A DNA stretch of 64,000 nucleotides from the IMG/VR virus record IMGVR_UViG_3300008954_000005, positions 91,723-155,722 of that record; one strand, written 5' to 3'. The notes under the pieces are model-generated. The model did not search any database. It saw nothing but the letters and a program-made list of their open reading frames with translations, and was not told where the DNA came from. Below are positions 48,101 to 56,568 of the stretch, one piece after another. This stretch comes from a virus. Numbering within the stretch: the stretch's first letter is position 1; the number at the start of each line of letters is the position of its first letter. The position numbers and the translations under genes are program-made.

Positions 48101-50013
48101 CTGGAGGGGTACGCGGTGCACGCAACGTAGTGGCCAACGTCAATGTTCATATTGACCCACGTTGGTTGGTTGTAGTGCAAAATGAGATCGCATTCGTATG
48201 CGTCCGCGTTTACGTCAACCACGTCATCAGGGTCAGGGGCTGACCCAGCACCAGTCTCGTTGACCAGCTTACCCTCTAAGGAAACCCCTGGGCGTCTTCC
48301 GTACGTTTCGAAATCTACCCCGCTGTACGCTACCTCCTCGCCCTCGTCTGTAAGAACGGAGAGCTTCGGTCCACCAAACTCATAGATGTGCGTGTACTCC
48401 CGCATTGCGGAGTACTCAAGGTCAGGATCGAAAGCAAAGGCCTCTTCACCCTTGTACAGAATTCTCTCTTTGCTGGTGAGGAACGAGTCCTGCCGAGCGA
48501 TACCTAAATCTTCTGCCCCGTAATGGTCAAGAAGTGGGTAAACGACCAGCTTGTAAGGATGGAGATGTTCAGAGGTTTCTGGTCCGTCTTCCCTACTAAG
48601 AACCAAAAAGTCCCTTCCTGGGATCACAGAGGCGGGGACATCTAAAACATTGAAGTCGGTCGTAACGTGATCCGTAAAGGGTAGGTGTGCGCCAACAACA
48701 TAGTCTACGTCCTCGTTGGAACCGACTAGCTTGAAATCAGACCCCTGCTTAGAGTGCATGTTCAGTCCGTGCTTAGCGGAACTGGTGTAAACCGGCATCG
48801 GGTTCACACTATTAAACGTAAATATTGAGTCGGGCCTGGGGTACATCTCAAAGTCTTTTACACGAACATACAGGTCCCCATTCGTGTGCTCCTCGACAGC
48901 GTCAACCACACGGACTCGGCCAAGAAGCTTGTTCGTGAAGTACTGATTCCCATCCGCGAGCCGTACATATCGCGCAGATTTAATCGCGTTCTTGAGGTCA
49001 CCATCCCACCCGGAAGCAGGGGCCTTCATGAGAAAGGTGTTTGTGAAGGGGAAGGTCAGACTCTCACTCGTAGAACCATGCCCCTCGGCCACCAAAGGCA
49101 CGGTTGCCCAATCCATAGTCATATAGATCAAGTCACCGACAGCCTCACTAAGATCCAGCATGGGTTCACCCGTAAGGATGTCCCGCATCATTTCTGGTTG
49201 TCCGTAACCGATAACTTTAAGAGAAACTAAATCTGCGTACTGGTTGTACAGTTCTGTCTCGATACCCCTTTCGGTATTCAGGGAACGTTCCGACAGCGAG
49301 CGCTCGGCTCTGACTAAAAAGTCTTCGTTGGTCTCTTTAGTTACCCCGCCGCTCATAGCAGCTAGGTTTGTTACCCGAACTACCCCATCAATACCGTTTG
49401 CGAACTTAATCTTATTCTTGTCCACATTGGCAAGAACATCCGGCGCAGAGGATGAAACCGCTACGTCGATATACCAATGCTTCCCAGAGCGAATAAACGT
49501 CTCCTTAAAGTACGTTTTAGGGATATCCGGTTGGAAGTTGATGCCTGATGCTGTGGAAAATACTGTGGACGAGTCTAAAGCCACGGTTCTCGGAGTATTG
49601 AAGAAAAGCCTTACTGTGCCCCTGGCCTCTGCTCCGTAATTTCGAATTGTGAGAACATTGGAGAGTATTGCGTCCATCTCAAACTCGTTGAGACTCGGCG
49701 CGTTTGCTAAGGATTGCTGCTGCTTAAGAAAGTAAATCTCCCTACGCAACGGCTCCATAAGCATGATCAAAGGAGACACCAAAACGTCCCTAAGAACAGA
49801 CCCAGGAGAATTTACGTCTAGGTGAGGAAATTCATCCTCCAACCTAGAGATGATGTACGTCTCAATATTTACGGTAGTGGGGTCTGTAGCTAGACGCCGC
49901 ATTAAAGGATTAATGACCTTCTGGAACATAAGCGAGCCCTCGGACTCACTCAGGTTTGGGTCCAAATCGAGCAACCGCTCGGTCATAAATCTTTTTAGAT
50001 CTTTAATAGCCAT
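42172..50013 (-). CDS. Giant baseplate J-like (P2 gpJ/T4 gp6) protein (2613 aa)
   Basis: N-terminal PGSVLRDVL, ARGTVRLFF, VRVTNLAAMSGGVTKETNEDFLVR are baseplate-J signatures. Confidence 0.8.
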   Translation of the reverse strand: MAIKDLKRFMTERLLDLDPNLSESEGSLMFQKVINPLMRRLATDPTTVNIETYIISRLEDEFPHLDVNSPGSVLRDVLVSPLIMLMEPLRREIYFLKQQQSLANAPSLNEFEMDAILSNVLTIRNYGAEARGTVRLFFNTPRTVALDSSTVFSTASGINFQPDIPKTYFKETFIRSGKHWYIDVAVSSSAPDVLANVDKNKIKFANGIDGVVRVTNLAAMSGGVTKETNEDFLVRAERSLSERSLNTERGIETELYNQYADLVSLKVIGYGQPEMMRDILTGEPMLDLSEAVGDLIYMTMDWATVPLVAEGHGSTSESLTFPFTNTFLMKAPASGWDGDLKNAIKSARYVRLADGNQYFTNKLLGRVRVVDAVEEHTNGDLYVRVKDFEMYPRPDSIFTFNSVNPMPVYTSSAKHGLNMHSKQGSDFKLVGSNEDVDYVVGAHLPFTDHVTTDFNVLDVPASVIPGRDFLVLSREDGPETSEHLHPYKLVVYPLLDHYGAEDLGIARQDSFLTSKERILYKGEEAFAFDPDLEYSAMREYTHIYEFGGPKLSVLTDEGEEVAYSGVDFETYGRRPGVSLEGKLVNETGAGSAPDPDDVVDVNADAYECDLILHYNQPTWVNMNIDVGHYVACTAYPSRYALAGDPNSFFDYLGELEDAGDLLQWQAWGRVKAVGYGDPWRLRVEGMDWSNLQEYHINSFSPQAEAEVTIEQPFSHWGYDASPWDVGAKVSLRSVLNGVHDAAEADIALDLTSQISSEGAQGKTFGITLDADHIAAQLEVQLPFGAIPGAGEDIGIAIIVEDHRERKYGYVNQDDTDEFIVLGTRAGDGVTAITVDDVVSLLDQARVQLSGHLAGADGQHIVTLEFNEDDTNVLADLISTATVASDAVPMDLRSIFYAAFADSTGAMKDHAFVDIIFFSTSDHNDQYSCVDDSSDSKVAAQDLIDAGSPSPTAMCEHIIAQINVAPHDTYFEAELNRPVPLTSDSSYLTDPCGFIVKSAHLGGKGNGGHVWVSQTMGSTGPSDEEEGFVSLSLWNGSYTSYTDTADYGNINGGFSGGFGPRKQVVGKEELDINDADATFDNDGVDQVDPDPDNVDNVSVPAPYLPFLDDEDVYGEESPYELAVTMVASDATALDGQIDAETSVITFSLANTPVAYPLLVGESPTVRILVEMILPNRDSDYVDPTSAATVPHRVRLVIEDDGSGNLVESSYWTNAGALAGVYDLTGKFLDTTGTNEINYATGQCRLTFLSTGDDGSDPGIVLDGWDITGGGSEDLEIGDLKPLYSGEHAGSTIKFYAAYTYVFSPYRLFWTVYRGMTEMLSPDGVVLPSWDEFQFLPAAKNPSVDLGTTYAPIHAPVNAQYFGDMSELSLGGSPSSGVWEGEISDFSGGANVYAYANRPIGTLTPFSGNDFKAVWIRLNKPFNLDHASIGGTPAEACLSASVANLVGTVGDGDEELRRTNYTAKRYLYEKTVDITPSDSDETSLVQPLSLPLVGGSTRLSDVDEDTPDVDLATNSLANLQGHGGFLIPHPMGKDYDTHFSSPAAAPDWCDDANDLLENQVVQLYNAHPTTGDDALINVSGIPGSTPFPGFFGGGLLVANNEVHIGGMTDVYLKPSTSTDTTTAPVFMQPEDPSTLFEEGGQILVAASDGVVNPSVQLSHFYSAELEAALANQFGSSPRPLDNLVLELLDPPSAELQPTHFRIVHSVAGGVKIDGAFPESLGLGFEHLRFRVVAECSTNLATPLIVLKKGTDLIVTENSQSAYSPSGYDFAAVPGSVEMFLYIDSEKNRGEYKITAINLNTLILEKAIQESDTGASYRIYTKQATAVQYPLVRVKSVSLSDSDNSGVSVPYRHPVDVVSSDFTGLNDDPMTQATFGVDGGQLSLEAVDLNLDGELDTDPETETELVKRACFTLENTINLAEYGVSLYDVLRLDSMDEEDRYWYVEGVIDGHWPVDDYLDASTTLADATSTDAGEVYVSGALTVRSVDAADWSGTIGAGDLFVLDDYAENGTFLIESVDVSGGFTLITIDITSNPEYSDDLNGWGVDATHRVLHYRALGKNNKLVLDRYKELPRATDALEFTLGHPSIGTGKVYFRDKTYFLAGPDTVFTYTNPATQKKSYLRPSPAESAGVFKSLYNTTDLTISNSLLADPDDTTRVIQSELVDFFKHGIQPGDKIQISSKVIWSDVFRGDTDLTGVEYEEDESLMVGGKTMAVDVNGSMRTCTFSGPNPMTLDDVVADMNRQLGDVLRADVYEFDPEGTPEQYVIRLSSANDLKLLTQGTIGILEQDGIRFVTQRDNTPDPRLIREFTVSKLEYEEPYTDFVTGDLVPAKYQLWMTKESAYGDAGDGKIKEYMQNEVTGGAWGSSGGGPGVKDFEEVFIEVYREKYQGVFPSELESDDSGLFSAVFRLTSYDPNITGGIVPDDTQLTVDGYTSLGYDIVVSNDNYSYSMGEDSSLRVTSVVLDVSDDSFEFVYEVAGSSVVINYDRAQVVHDVQNYLLNKTMRVVCNNPLARHFFPAYPMMSIVCSGGKLTNTELKDYISEFLSSLYPNKPLELFDLSSVLTRRGVTYTRFPQEASFLTYGADRKIRVARSKDIVFLGNQYHIMEDLTLVKVNGV

Positions 50014-50025
50014 AATTTTTACCCA

Positions 50026-51033
50026 CTAGAAATAGGTCGGTCCTGAAGATTCGTAGTTTTCTGCAAACTCCGCAACTTCGCTTATTATCATACTGAAAAA
50101 AGCGGCCCTACCTGCGTAAGTATTGAGTTTGATGGACAAATTCATCATCGTCGGATCATTTGGATCCAACTGTGCATTAAGAACCTGTACATCACTTAAT
50201 CTCTCATCCGCAGGCGCATTAGACATAATCTGTCTTGTCGACATTTGCTGGCCAACCTGAACAACGTTCATAATCGTTTTAGCTACCAACGTTTGAGGAG
50301 ACTTAGGGTTTACTCGTTGCCCCACCCAATTCTGCATATTACCGCCTAGACTCTTGTTAAATACATCCGACCCCGGTGTCGTAAGTAAACATTTCACGAA
50401 CTGTTGTACCAGCTTAAACGGGCCACGAATAATCCTAAATTCAGCCCCCATCATGTACTCGAAGAAAGTCTCTCGATTTATCCTCTTGGCTGTAGTGATA
50501 ACATCAACAGCGTGGATGTCTTTATCGTTCTCCGGAAGTGTCGTCAGAATCTGTGATGGAGACTTAATCAAGAAGGGCATCTCCTTATTATTCACCCGGA
50601 CCCTCACGGCCTTATCAAGGCTATGTCCATTTACGTAGAGAACCCCTGTGTCCAAAGTGATTCTCCGGGTTCCAGCAGGAGACATCGTAGACACGGTCTC
50701 CCCCTCATCCCAAACAATCGTATTTGTTTGTTGGTACTCTTCCCCTTCTTCAGTTGTGTACGCCCGGATAATTTGAACGTTATTAATGCCGCTAGCCACA
50801 TACCCGTAAGCGGTTCTACTGAAGTCGTGATCTTCTGTTTTCTTCAAAAAAGACGCCGGAATAGCAACCATTAAAGAACTAACTGACAGGGCGAAGAACT
50901 CGGAAGACACCCCATTTAAAAGAACGTCAGTAACACCAGCAACAGCAACGTCCTCGATCCGAACCATCACCCCCAACCGAACTGAGGTTAACTCGGCCAC
51001 CTCTCGCACATAAACTGCTTGCAAATCAATCAT
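50026..51033 (-). CDS. Baseplate wedge gp25-like protein with N-terminal Ig/IPT-like domains
   Basis: GPFKLVQQFVKCLLTTPGSDVF...GG gp25-like motif; immediately upstream of the gpJ-like gene. Confidence 0.65.
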   Translation of the reverse strand: MIDLQAVYVREVAELTSVRLGVMVRIEDVAVAGVTDVLLNGVSSEFFALSVSSLMVAIPASFLKKTEDHDFSRTAYGYVASGINNVQIIRAYTTEEGEEYQQTNTIVWDEGETVSTMSPAGTRRITLDTGVLYVNGHSLDKAVRVRVNNKEMPFLIKSPSQILTTLPENDKDIHAVDVITTAKRINRETFFEYMMGAEFRIIRGPFKLVQQFVKCLLTTPGSDVFNKSLGGNMQNWVGQRVNPKSPQTLVAKTIMNVVQVGQQMSTRQIMSNAPADERLSDVQVLNAQLDPNDPTMMNLSIKLNTYAGRAAFFSMIISEVAEFAENYESSGPTYF

Positions 51034-51452
51034 TAGACTGCGCCCGAATCTTCGTTATCTTCTGTAACGGCGAGGTCACTCACATTCTCAGCATTTGCTG
51101 CTAAACCTATGGCTCCGCCGCTCTCGGCGCTTGCCCCCTCATCAGTTCCCAAGAGAAGGCCCCAAATATAATTCACCTGCGATATCTTTGTCCTTGTGGC
51201 AATGGTTCCTGGGATAAAGGCATCAGAGTCCTCGTCTTTCGAATCATCTGACCCGATAACATTTAGCTTGTCGTCAATCACTTCAGCCAAGGAGTACCCC
51301 ACGAAATAATCGTGTGTCCTCGCGTATGCCCTAATTGACGCGAGCGCGTCTTCAAGCATAGAAGCAATTTTCATCTGAGCTTTGTACTCAGCCGATGCGC
51401 CAGCGAGAATTTCTCGTTGGTTTTCTTCTGGTCGTGTTGCGTCGTCTGACAT
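51033..51452 (-). CDS. Hypothetical acidic protein (139 aa)
   Basis: TAATG coupling within the structural operon. Confidence 0.65.
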   Translation of the reverse strand: MSDDATRPEENQREILAGASAEYKAQMKIASMLEDALASIRAYARTHDYFVGYSLAEVIDDKLNVIGSDDSKDEDSDAFIPGTIATRTKISQVNYIWGLLLGTDEGASAESGGAIGLAANAENVSDLAVTEDNEDSGAV

Positions 51453-51454
51453 AA

Positions 51455-54412
51455 TTACCCCAAATAATCGTCCCTGGGCGGGCCTTTGATCTCTACGTTA
51501 TTGTCCTCACCCCTCTGGACGTAGTCCGTAAGAACATTAAATCCTGCTCTTGTCTCAACGCTAGCCACATTTGATCCAAATAGATTAGCTGCTTGATCTA
51601 GCATAGATTCAACGTCTCCTTGACTGGCAATCTCCTGCGGAGTTAGCTGAGGTACTCTGGAAAAGTTGGCTCCCAGTAGCAGGTCAGACATTACTGTCAG
51701 TTTTTCCTGCTTTAAGTACTCTAACAGCATGTTTACCGTGTTTACCACGTGTGCATCATATTTTAGATAGGTATTCCTTAGCGAGGAAATGGTGTCCAAC
51801 AAGGCGAGTGTTTGGCTTACAAAACGTCCCTGCGCAGAACCGGAAGTGGCGTATGTGTTAGCTAACCCCGCATACTCCTCCGCGCTGATCTGGCTTAAAT
51901 CAGACGTGGTCTGGATCATCCCCAGACGTAGCTCGTTAAAGCTAGCTGCCCCTAAAGCCTCGATACGTAAATTTTGGAAGGGGTACTGGTGGGACACCTC
52001 ATCATTTATTACAATGGTAATATTGGTCCCCTCAACAAACCCAACGCTACCGATTTCCCGGTACTGGCCTGGAGCCACCTCCTCCGATACTACGTCTCTC
52101 GGTTTGATGTTATATGCGGGGAGCGTTGCTACGTCTGTTAAGCTGACAGTACTCCCAAGGGACACCGACAGAGAAAACCCCGTCTCAGACCCAGAGAACC
52201 CCAACGCCTCTGTCTCTACCGTTAACGCACTCTCAGATTCCGAGTTAACGGAAGATAGCCGTATCTTATCTCTGGTAACCCTTACCGTGCACGAAACCTG
52301 TGCAGAGTAATTTACAGCGGTTCCTGAGCTTGAAATAGACAAGGGGGGTTCGGGAGAAAGCTTAGCGTACTTAGTGCTTTCTCCTGTGGTGCTATCTACG
52401 ACCTCCTCTATAGCGGAAACTTTACTGTGCCACCCAACGGAGGTCTCATACACATCATCCCCAACAGCAGTGTCCTCAGGAATCTCTATCAAGTACACCC
52501 CAACACCACTATCAAGCCCCTCCTCCCAAGAATACGCTGTTCCATAAGCCCCAGAACCTACCCTGGCCCGATTAACAGTAAGCCTTGTAAGCTCATCGGC
52601 ATCAACCAGAACTAGTGCAGAAAACGGGGTATCGGACCCAAAGTGGTTGCCAACCAAAGAATGCGAAAGGCCCAAAAAGTCGTTGATAGTTGTGGGAACC
52701 CCCACATACCTTGGGGCCTCTATTCCTGTGTTAACAGCTAACTGGGTAATCTCTGGGAAGGTGACTCGCGCAGCACTCCCCCCATACGCCTGTTTCGCTG
52801 TAACAACCAACTTAGCCCCGTCGACCGAAAACTCTACGGGAGACTCCGTTTCTTCAGAAGTACCGGTAGAGGTTGTCTTAAACCACGTTGTTGCCACCGA
52901 ATCATTTAGCAGCGTCCGTAGTTCTTCTACAGTACTAATCATCACTGGGTACGAGTCAGTGTCTTCCTCCATAGGCTCGTCCATCACTGCGGCGTACCTG
53001 TAGTTACCGACAATAACTTCAAACGTATTGAATCTCGTAGACTTGTTTATGTAGTCCTCCCAAGAGGTAATATTAGCCGCCTCCCAATTCACCATCGACC
53101 CTATCGCTAGGTAGGTATACGTACAATGAACGCTCCCGTGAAAGTAGTAATCGTGTGTGGGGGTGATGTCTTCTAGGGATTGGTAGACGCCGTCACCAGC
53201 GGCGATGGAAAGGCTTACTGCCCCATATTGGTACTGGATGCCACCGATCTTCACGGAAGGATCCGTCATCAAGACTATCTTTCCTTCTGTGTGCACGCCC
53301 GGATAGGTTTCCCCATCAGACTCGTCCATTGCTTCATATGTGAGAATGTCACCAGTACCCTCGTCCTTTACTGAAATGATGATTCTGACAGTCCCCGGCA
53401 CAATGGGGGTCTTTAAATAGACAAGCTGCATATGGAGTAGCTCACCTACTTTATCGACCGCATCGAGACCCTCAATCATCGCACCAGACTCCGAGCGTTC
53501 AAGGGTGGGCGTAAAAGACAAACTACCCGTACCGGCTAGCGCAGCCTCCACACGAACGTTTGGTATTCCGGAGCCATCGGCAGAAATCTGGGCCATGGCG
53601 TCACCGACGTCGAGCACGATAAAGGGGTCGGTCCCCCCATCGAGAACAGCACTGTCCCCAGAAAGCGTAGTAACCACCCCTTCGTACTTCGGTACTGTTA
53701 TGTCTCTCTTTGGTTTAGCGGCGTGCTTAATAAGCGACGAAGAGATCGCTGACTCTAACAAGACCTGCTGTGGGTCTGCTCCCCCATTTACTATATTAGT
53801 ATCCATTTGAGAGAGGGCGGTTCGCGTCTGTAACGACGAACTCACCGACTCATAGTCTGCGTTCATGTAGGAAGAGACGCCCCCAGTAAAGCTCTTTGCC
53901 GCAGCGACAATACTCGGCAGGTTGAGTCGAACTTTGCTCGCCACCTCTTTTATTTTCGCCTTAGCCGTAGAAGCGCTAGTCCCCATAATCAAGGCCCCAG
54001 AGGAAGCCTGATTATTACGAATCATATCAGCAGTTTTAGTCTCAAGCTCTGCAATAAGCAGGTCTCTCCTTTTTGCCCCCGCTGTCGTTATCTCCTCCAT
54101 AAGGGAGGCTATTTCCGCAAGCTTTCTAGGGTCTGTAGTGGCTTCCTCTTGGTGTGCGTACGAAGACAAACGCACCGCTTCCAAAAGCTCTGTAAGCAGC
54201 TTAGAGCAGGCGATTACTTCACGATTTCTGTGTAGCCCCAAAAGAGCGTAAACAGAGTCTACATCTGAATTTACACACCGGTAGATGTAGTCTTTCGCGC
54301 TATCTACGAGGTCATCTGCGTTTTGGACACCTCGTCGATTTAGGATCTCTAGCGACGTAGAGAGTGCTTCCCTTCCCTGATCTAGCTCCTCACTTGAATA
54401 TTTACCAGTCAT
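51455..54412 (-). CDS. Large putative structural protein (about 985 aa): helical ends, beta-rich middle
   Basis: ATG 54412 with GGAG upstream (track start 54454); PIVPGTVRI...GGIQYQYGAVSL module. Confidence 0.6.
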   Translation of the reverse strand: MTGKYSSEELDQGREALSTSLEILNRRGVQNADDLVDSAKDYIYRCVNSDVDSVYALLGLHRNREVIACSKLLTELLEAVRLSSYAHQEEATTDPRKLAEIASLMEEITTAGAKRRDLLIAELETKTADMIRNNQASSGALIMGTSASTAKAKIKEVASKVRLNLPSIVAAAKSFTGGVSSYMNADYESVSSSLQTRTALSQMDTNIVNGGADPQQVLLESAISSSLIKHAAKPKRDITVPKYEGVVTTLSGDSAVLDGGTDPFIVLDVGDAMAQISADGSGIPNVRVEAALAGTGSLSFTPTLERSESGAMIEGLDAVDKVGELLHMQLVYLKTPIVPGTVRIIISVKDEGTGDILTYEAMDESDGETYPGVHTEGKIVLMTDPSVKIGGIQYQYGAVSLSIAAGDGVYQSLEDITPTHDYYFHGSVHCTYTYLAIGSMVNWEAANITSWEDYINKSTRFNTFEVIVGNYRYAAVMDEPMEEDTDSYPVMISTVEELRTLLNDSVATTWFKTTSTGTSEETESPVEFSVDGAKLVVTAKQAYGGSAARVTFPEITQLAVNTGIEAPRYVGVPTTINDFLGLSHSLVGNHFGSDTPFSALVLVDADELTRLTVNRARVGSGAYGTAYSWEEGLDSGVGVYLIEIPEDTAVGDDVYETSVGWHSKVSAIEEVVDSTTGESTKYAKLSPEPPLSISSSGTAVNYSAQVSCTVRVTRDKIRLSSVNSESESALTVETEALGFSGSETGFSLSVSLGSTVSLTDVATLPAYNIKPRDVVSEEVAPGQYREIGSVGFVEGTNITIVINDEVSHQYPFQNLRIEALGAASFNELRLGMIQTTSDLSQISAEEYAGLANTYATSGSAQGRFVSQTLALLDTISSLRNTYLKYDAHVVNTVNMLLEYLKQEKLTVMSDLLLGANFSRVPQLTPQEIASQGDVESMLDQAANLFGSNVASVETRAGFNVLTDYVQRGEDNNVEIKGPPRDDYLG

Positions 54413-54734
54413 CACCAAACTCCATGCCGCGTAGCCTCCGGGCGTCATCCTCACCCAGCTTCATGATCTTACTTCTGACCAAGCTAGAGTCTAGGTCCAG
54501 TATGTCACAAACGGACTCAAAAGAACTTAACGCGTCTGTCTCGTCTGAGAATATCCACTGCTCTGCATCCTTACCTATTTTTCGGAGTTTAGTCGTCTCG
54601 TGTTCTTTGTATAGAACATAATCCACCGCCGCTCTACGCACAACAGCAGCCCATAAACGAATAAACCAAGGAGTTGGTCTTCCCGAATAGGTCTGCGAGT
54701 ATTCTGCGGTTAGATCAGTTACTGACGGTGACAC
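54402..54734 (-). CDS. Conserved small hypothetical protein (about 110 aa)
   Basis: LWAAVVRRAAVDY...AEQWIF...SFESVCDILDLD, a pattern I recall from small phage/bacterial proteins; GTG 54734 preceded by GGAG. Confidence 0.65.
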   Translation of the reverse strand: MSPSVTDLTAEYSQTYSGRPTPWFIRLWAAVVRRAAVDYVLYKEHETTKLRKIGKDAEQWIFSDETDALSSFESVCDILDLDSSLVRSKIMKLGEDDARRLRGMEFGDDW

Positions 54735-55677
54735 CAAGGGCTCCCCGAATCGTAGGCTCAGGGGAGATGGTGATTCCACTTCCTGTTCCTGGCTCGACTC
54801 GGGCAACTTCAACCTCTGCTGTTCCTGCGGACAGACCCTCTACTATAAGAGTAGAGTCTGTCAACGACATGCTAATAACTTCATCATCAGAGTTACTAAG
54901 CAGGACATCTAGAACGCCGTCAAGTTTTAGATTACTTCTATACGTAGTTTTTAGCGTAAGCTCGGCTGTCTGGCCGACACTCAAAGCGATAGTGGGGGTA
55001 TTATAGGTTAATACAGCCCCAACAATTTCACCTGGAGCGTCCACCACCGTATACTCTATTCCGTCCACTACGGGAAATATGACATCTGGTAAATGGGCCG
55101 ACGCGGCATCAGGGACTTGAATCTCTCTCAAGATATTCTCGTACCCCTCCATGTAAACGCTATAAAATTTTTCCCTCAATAAGTCTACAGAAGCAAACCC
55201 GTCCGAGTCTGTTTTCACAATCCGAACACGAGGAATGAGCAGGTGAGACCTACTATTACCCGCATAGTATATTAAATTAGGTAGTGCTGTTTCAGCTTCC
55301 GAAAAGCGTATCGTTAATTCCTGAACAGGAACCCCATACGGGTCGATAAAATAACCTGAACATCTACATAAGTGCTCATCTGTAGCCACGGCCAGCGCGG
55401 TATCATTTATAACAACATCAAATACATGGGGATCTGTATCGACCACCTCAACGGTCTGAAGATTCCCGTCAGATATCGTGGCTCCAGAGGGCGGTGTAAG
55501 ATGAATCTCATACTCATCTACCGCCTGATCTCCTAAAAATACTATGCCGTCTGCATCAGTTAATCCGCCTGTAATGGCGGCAAAGGTGCTAGGTAGGTGG
55601 AGAGATACGTACACATTGGCAAGCGGGTCTCCACCGCCACCAATCTCTGACCTGCAATGTACGTATACGTCTGCCAT
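54715..55677 (-). CDS. Acidic beta-sandwich (Ig/transthyretin-like) virion protein
   Basis: TDADGIV and TDSDGFASVDL motifs; C-terminal Ig-like VEGLSAGTAEVEV. Confidence 0.6.
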   Translation of the reverse strand: MADVYVHCRSEIGGGGDPLANVYVSLHLPSTFAAITGGLTDADGIVFLGDQAVDEYEIHLTPPSGATISDGNLQTVEVVDTDPHVFDVVINDTALAVATDEHLCRCSGYFIDPYGVPVQELTIRFSEAETALPNLIYYAGNSRSHLLIPRVRIVKTDSDGFASVDLLREKFYSVYMEGYENILREIQVPDAASAHLPDVIFPVVDGIEYTVVDAPGEIVGAVLTYNTPTIALSVGQTAELTLKTTYRSNLKLDGVLDVLLSNSDDEVISMSLTDSTLIVEGLSAGTAEVEVARVEPGTGSGITISPEPTIRGALGVTVSN

Positions 55678-55679
55678 CC

Positions 55680-56540
55680 CTATCTCCCCGAAGTAGTCCG
55701 GATTGATCTCATCGCGCCTGTCCCGTACTGATTAGGTCGGTAAGCTCCTCCGCGCTGTTGCGCTTGTGGGATTCCTGGAGCCCGACCACCCAGGGCCTGC
55801 CGCATGACGCCTTGACCCCTCGCTGTGTCTCGGGCTTGTCCCGGAGCCATCGCTAAGTCCAGCCCAGCAAGGCCTATCGCACCGCCTCGTAGTGCCTTGC
55901 GACCTCTGCTCAGGGTGTTCCAGGCCTGCGCTCCTTGACCACCAGCGCCTCTGCCCCACGTCCGTGCACCTGGGGAAGCGATGCGGCCAGTCATAGTAGT
56001 TCCTCTAGACCCAAGCATCCCGATTTGACGGTTAATTGGGTTCACCGGAGCCCGCGCAAATGTGTGTGTACCAGCTTTAGCAGCACGGCCCATTCCACGG
56101 ACACTTGACGACAACGCTCTAACGCCCGTTAGACCCTGTTTTGCGCGACGGGCTGCTTGAACACCCCTTGCTACTCTGTATCCACGATAACCGAGCATTG
56201 CGGCGCGGCCAAGACCAGCGGCCACATTCAAGCCGGGAACAAACATCGCACCGGTGAGAGCAATGTCAGCCCAGTTATTTTTAACGAAATTACCAGCACT
56301 TCTCATCCAACCCGGCGCTCTCCACGCCATCTTCACAAACTCTGGGTCGACGTCGTGTAGCTCTTGGATAAAGGCAACCTTGGTAGTCCAATCCAAAGCC
56401 TTCTCCTGTACGGAAGCAGACTTGGTCATGGCCTTCTTGTTAAAAGCCCTCGCCAATCTAAGGCGCAACTCAGTAGGAATACCATCATTTAGGGCAACGC
56501 CCCAGGTCTCCTCTTGTGCTGTTTTAATCATGTCGCTCAT
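55680..56540 (-). CDS. Basic Gly/Ala/Arg-rich protein with K-x-A motifs (putative internal head protein)
   Basis: MIKTA, MTKSA, TTKVA, FVKMA then Arg/Gly-rich body with hydrophobic IALTGAMFVPGLNVAAGL; ATG 56540 with GGAG (track start 56552). Confidence 0.6.
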   Translation of the reverse strand: MSDMIKTAQEETWGVALNDGIPTELRLRLARAFNKKAMTKSASVQEKALDWTTKVAFIQELHDVDPEFVKMAWRAPGWMRSAGNFVKNNWADIALTGAMFVPGLNVAAGLGRAAMLGYRGYRVARGVQAARRAKQGLTGVRALSSSVRGMGRAAKAGTHTFARAPVNPINRQIGMLGSRGTTMTGRIASPGARTWGRGAGGQGAQAWNTLSRGRKALRGGAIGLAGLDLAMAPGQARDTARGQGVMRQALGGRAPGIPQAQQRGGAYRPNQYGTGAMRSIRTTSGR

Positions 56541-56568
56541 TACTTTCTCCAATAAACCTTAGACATAG

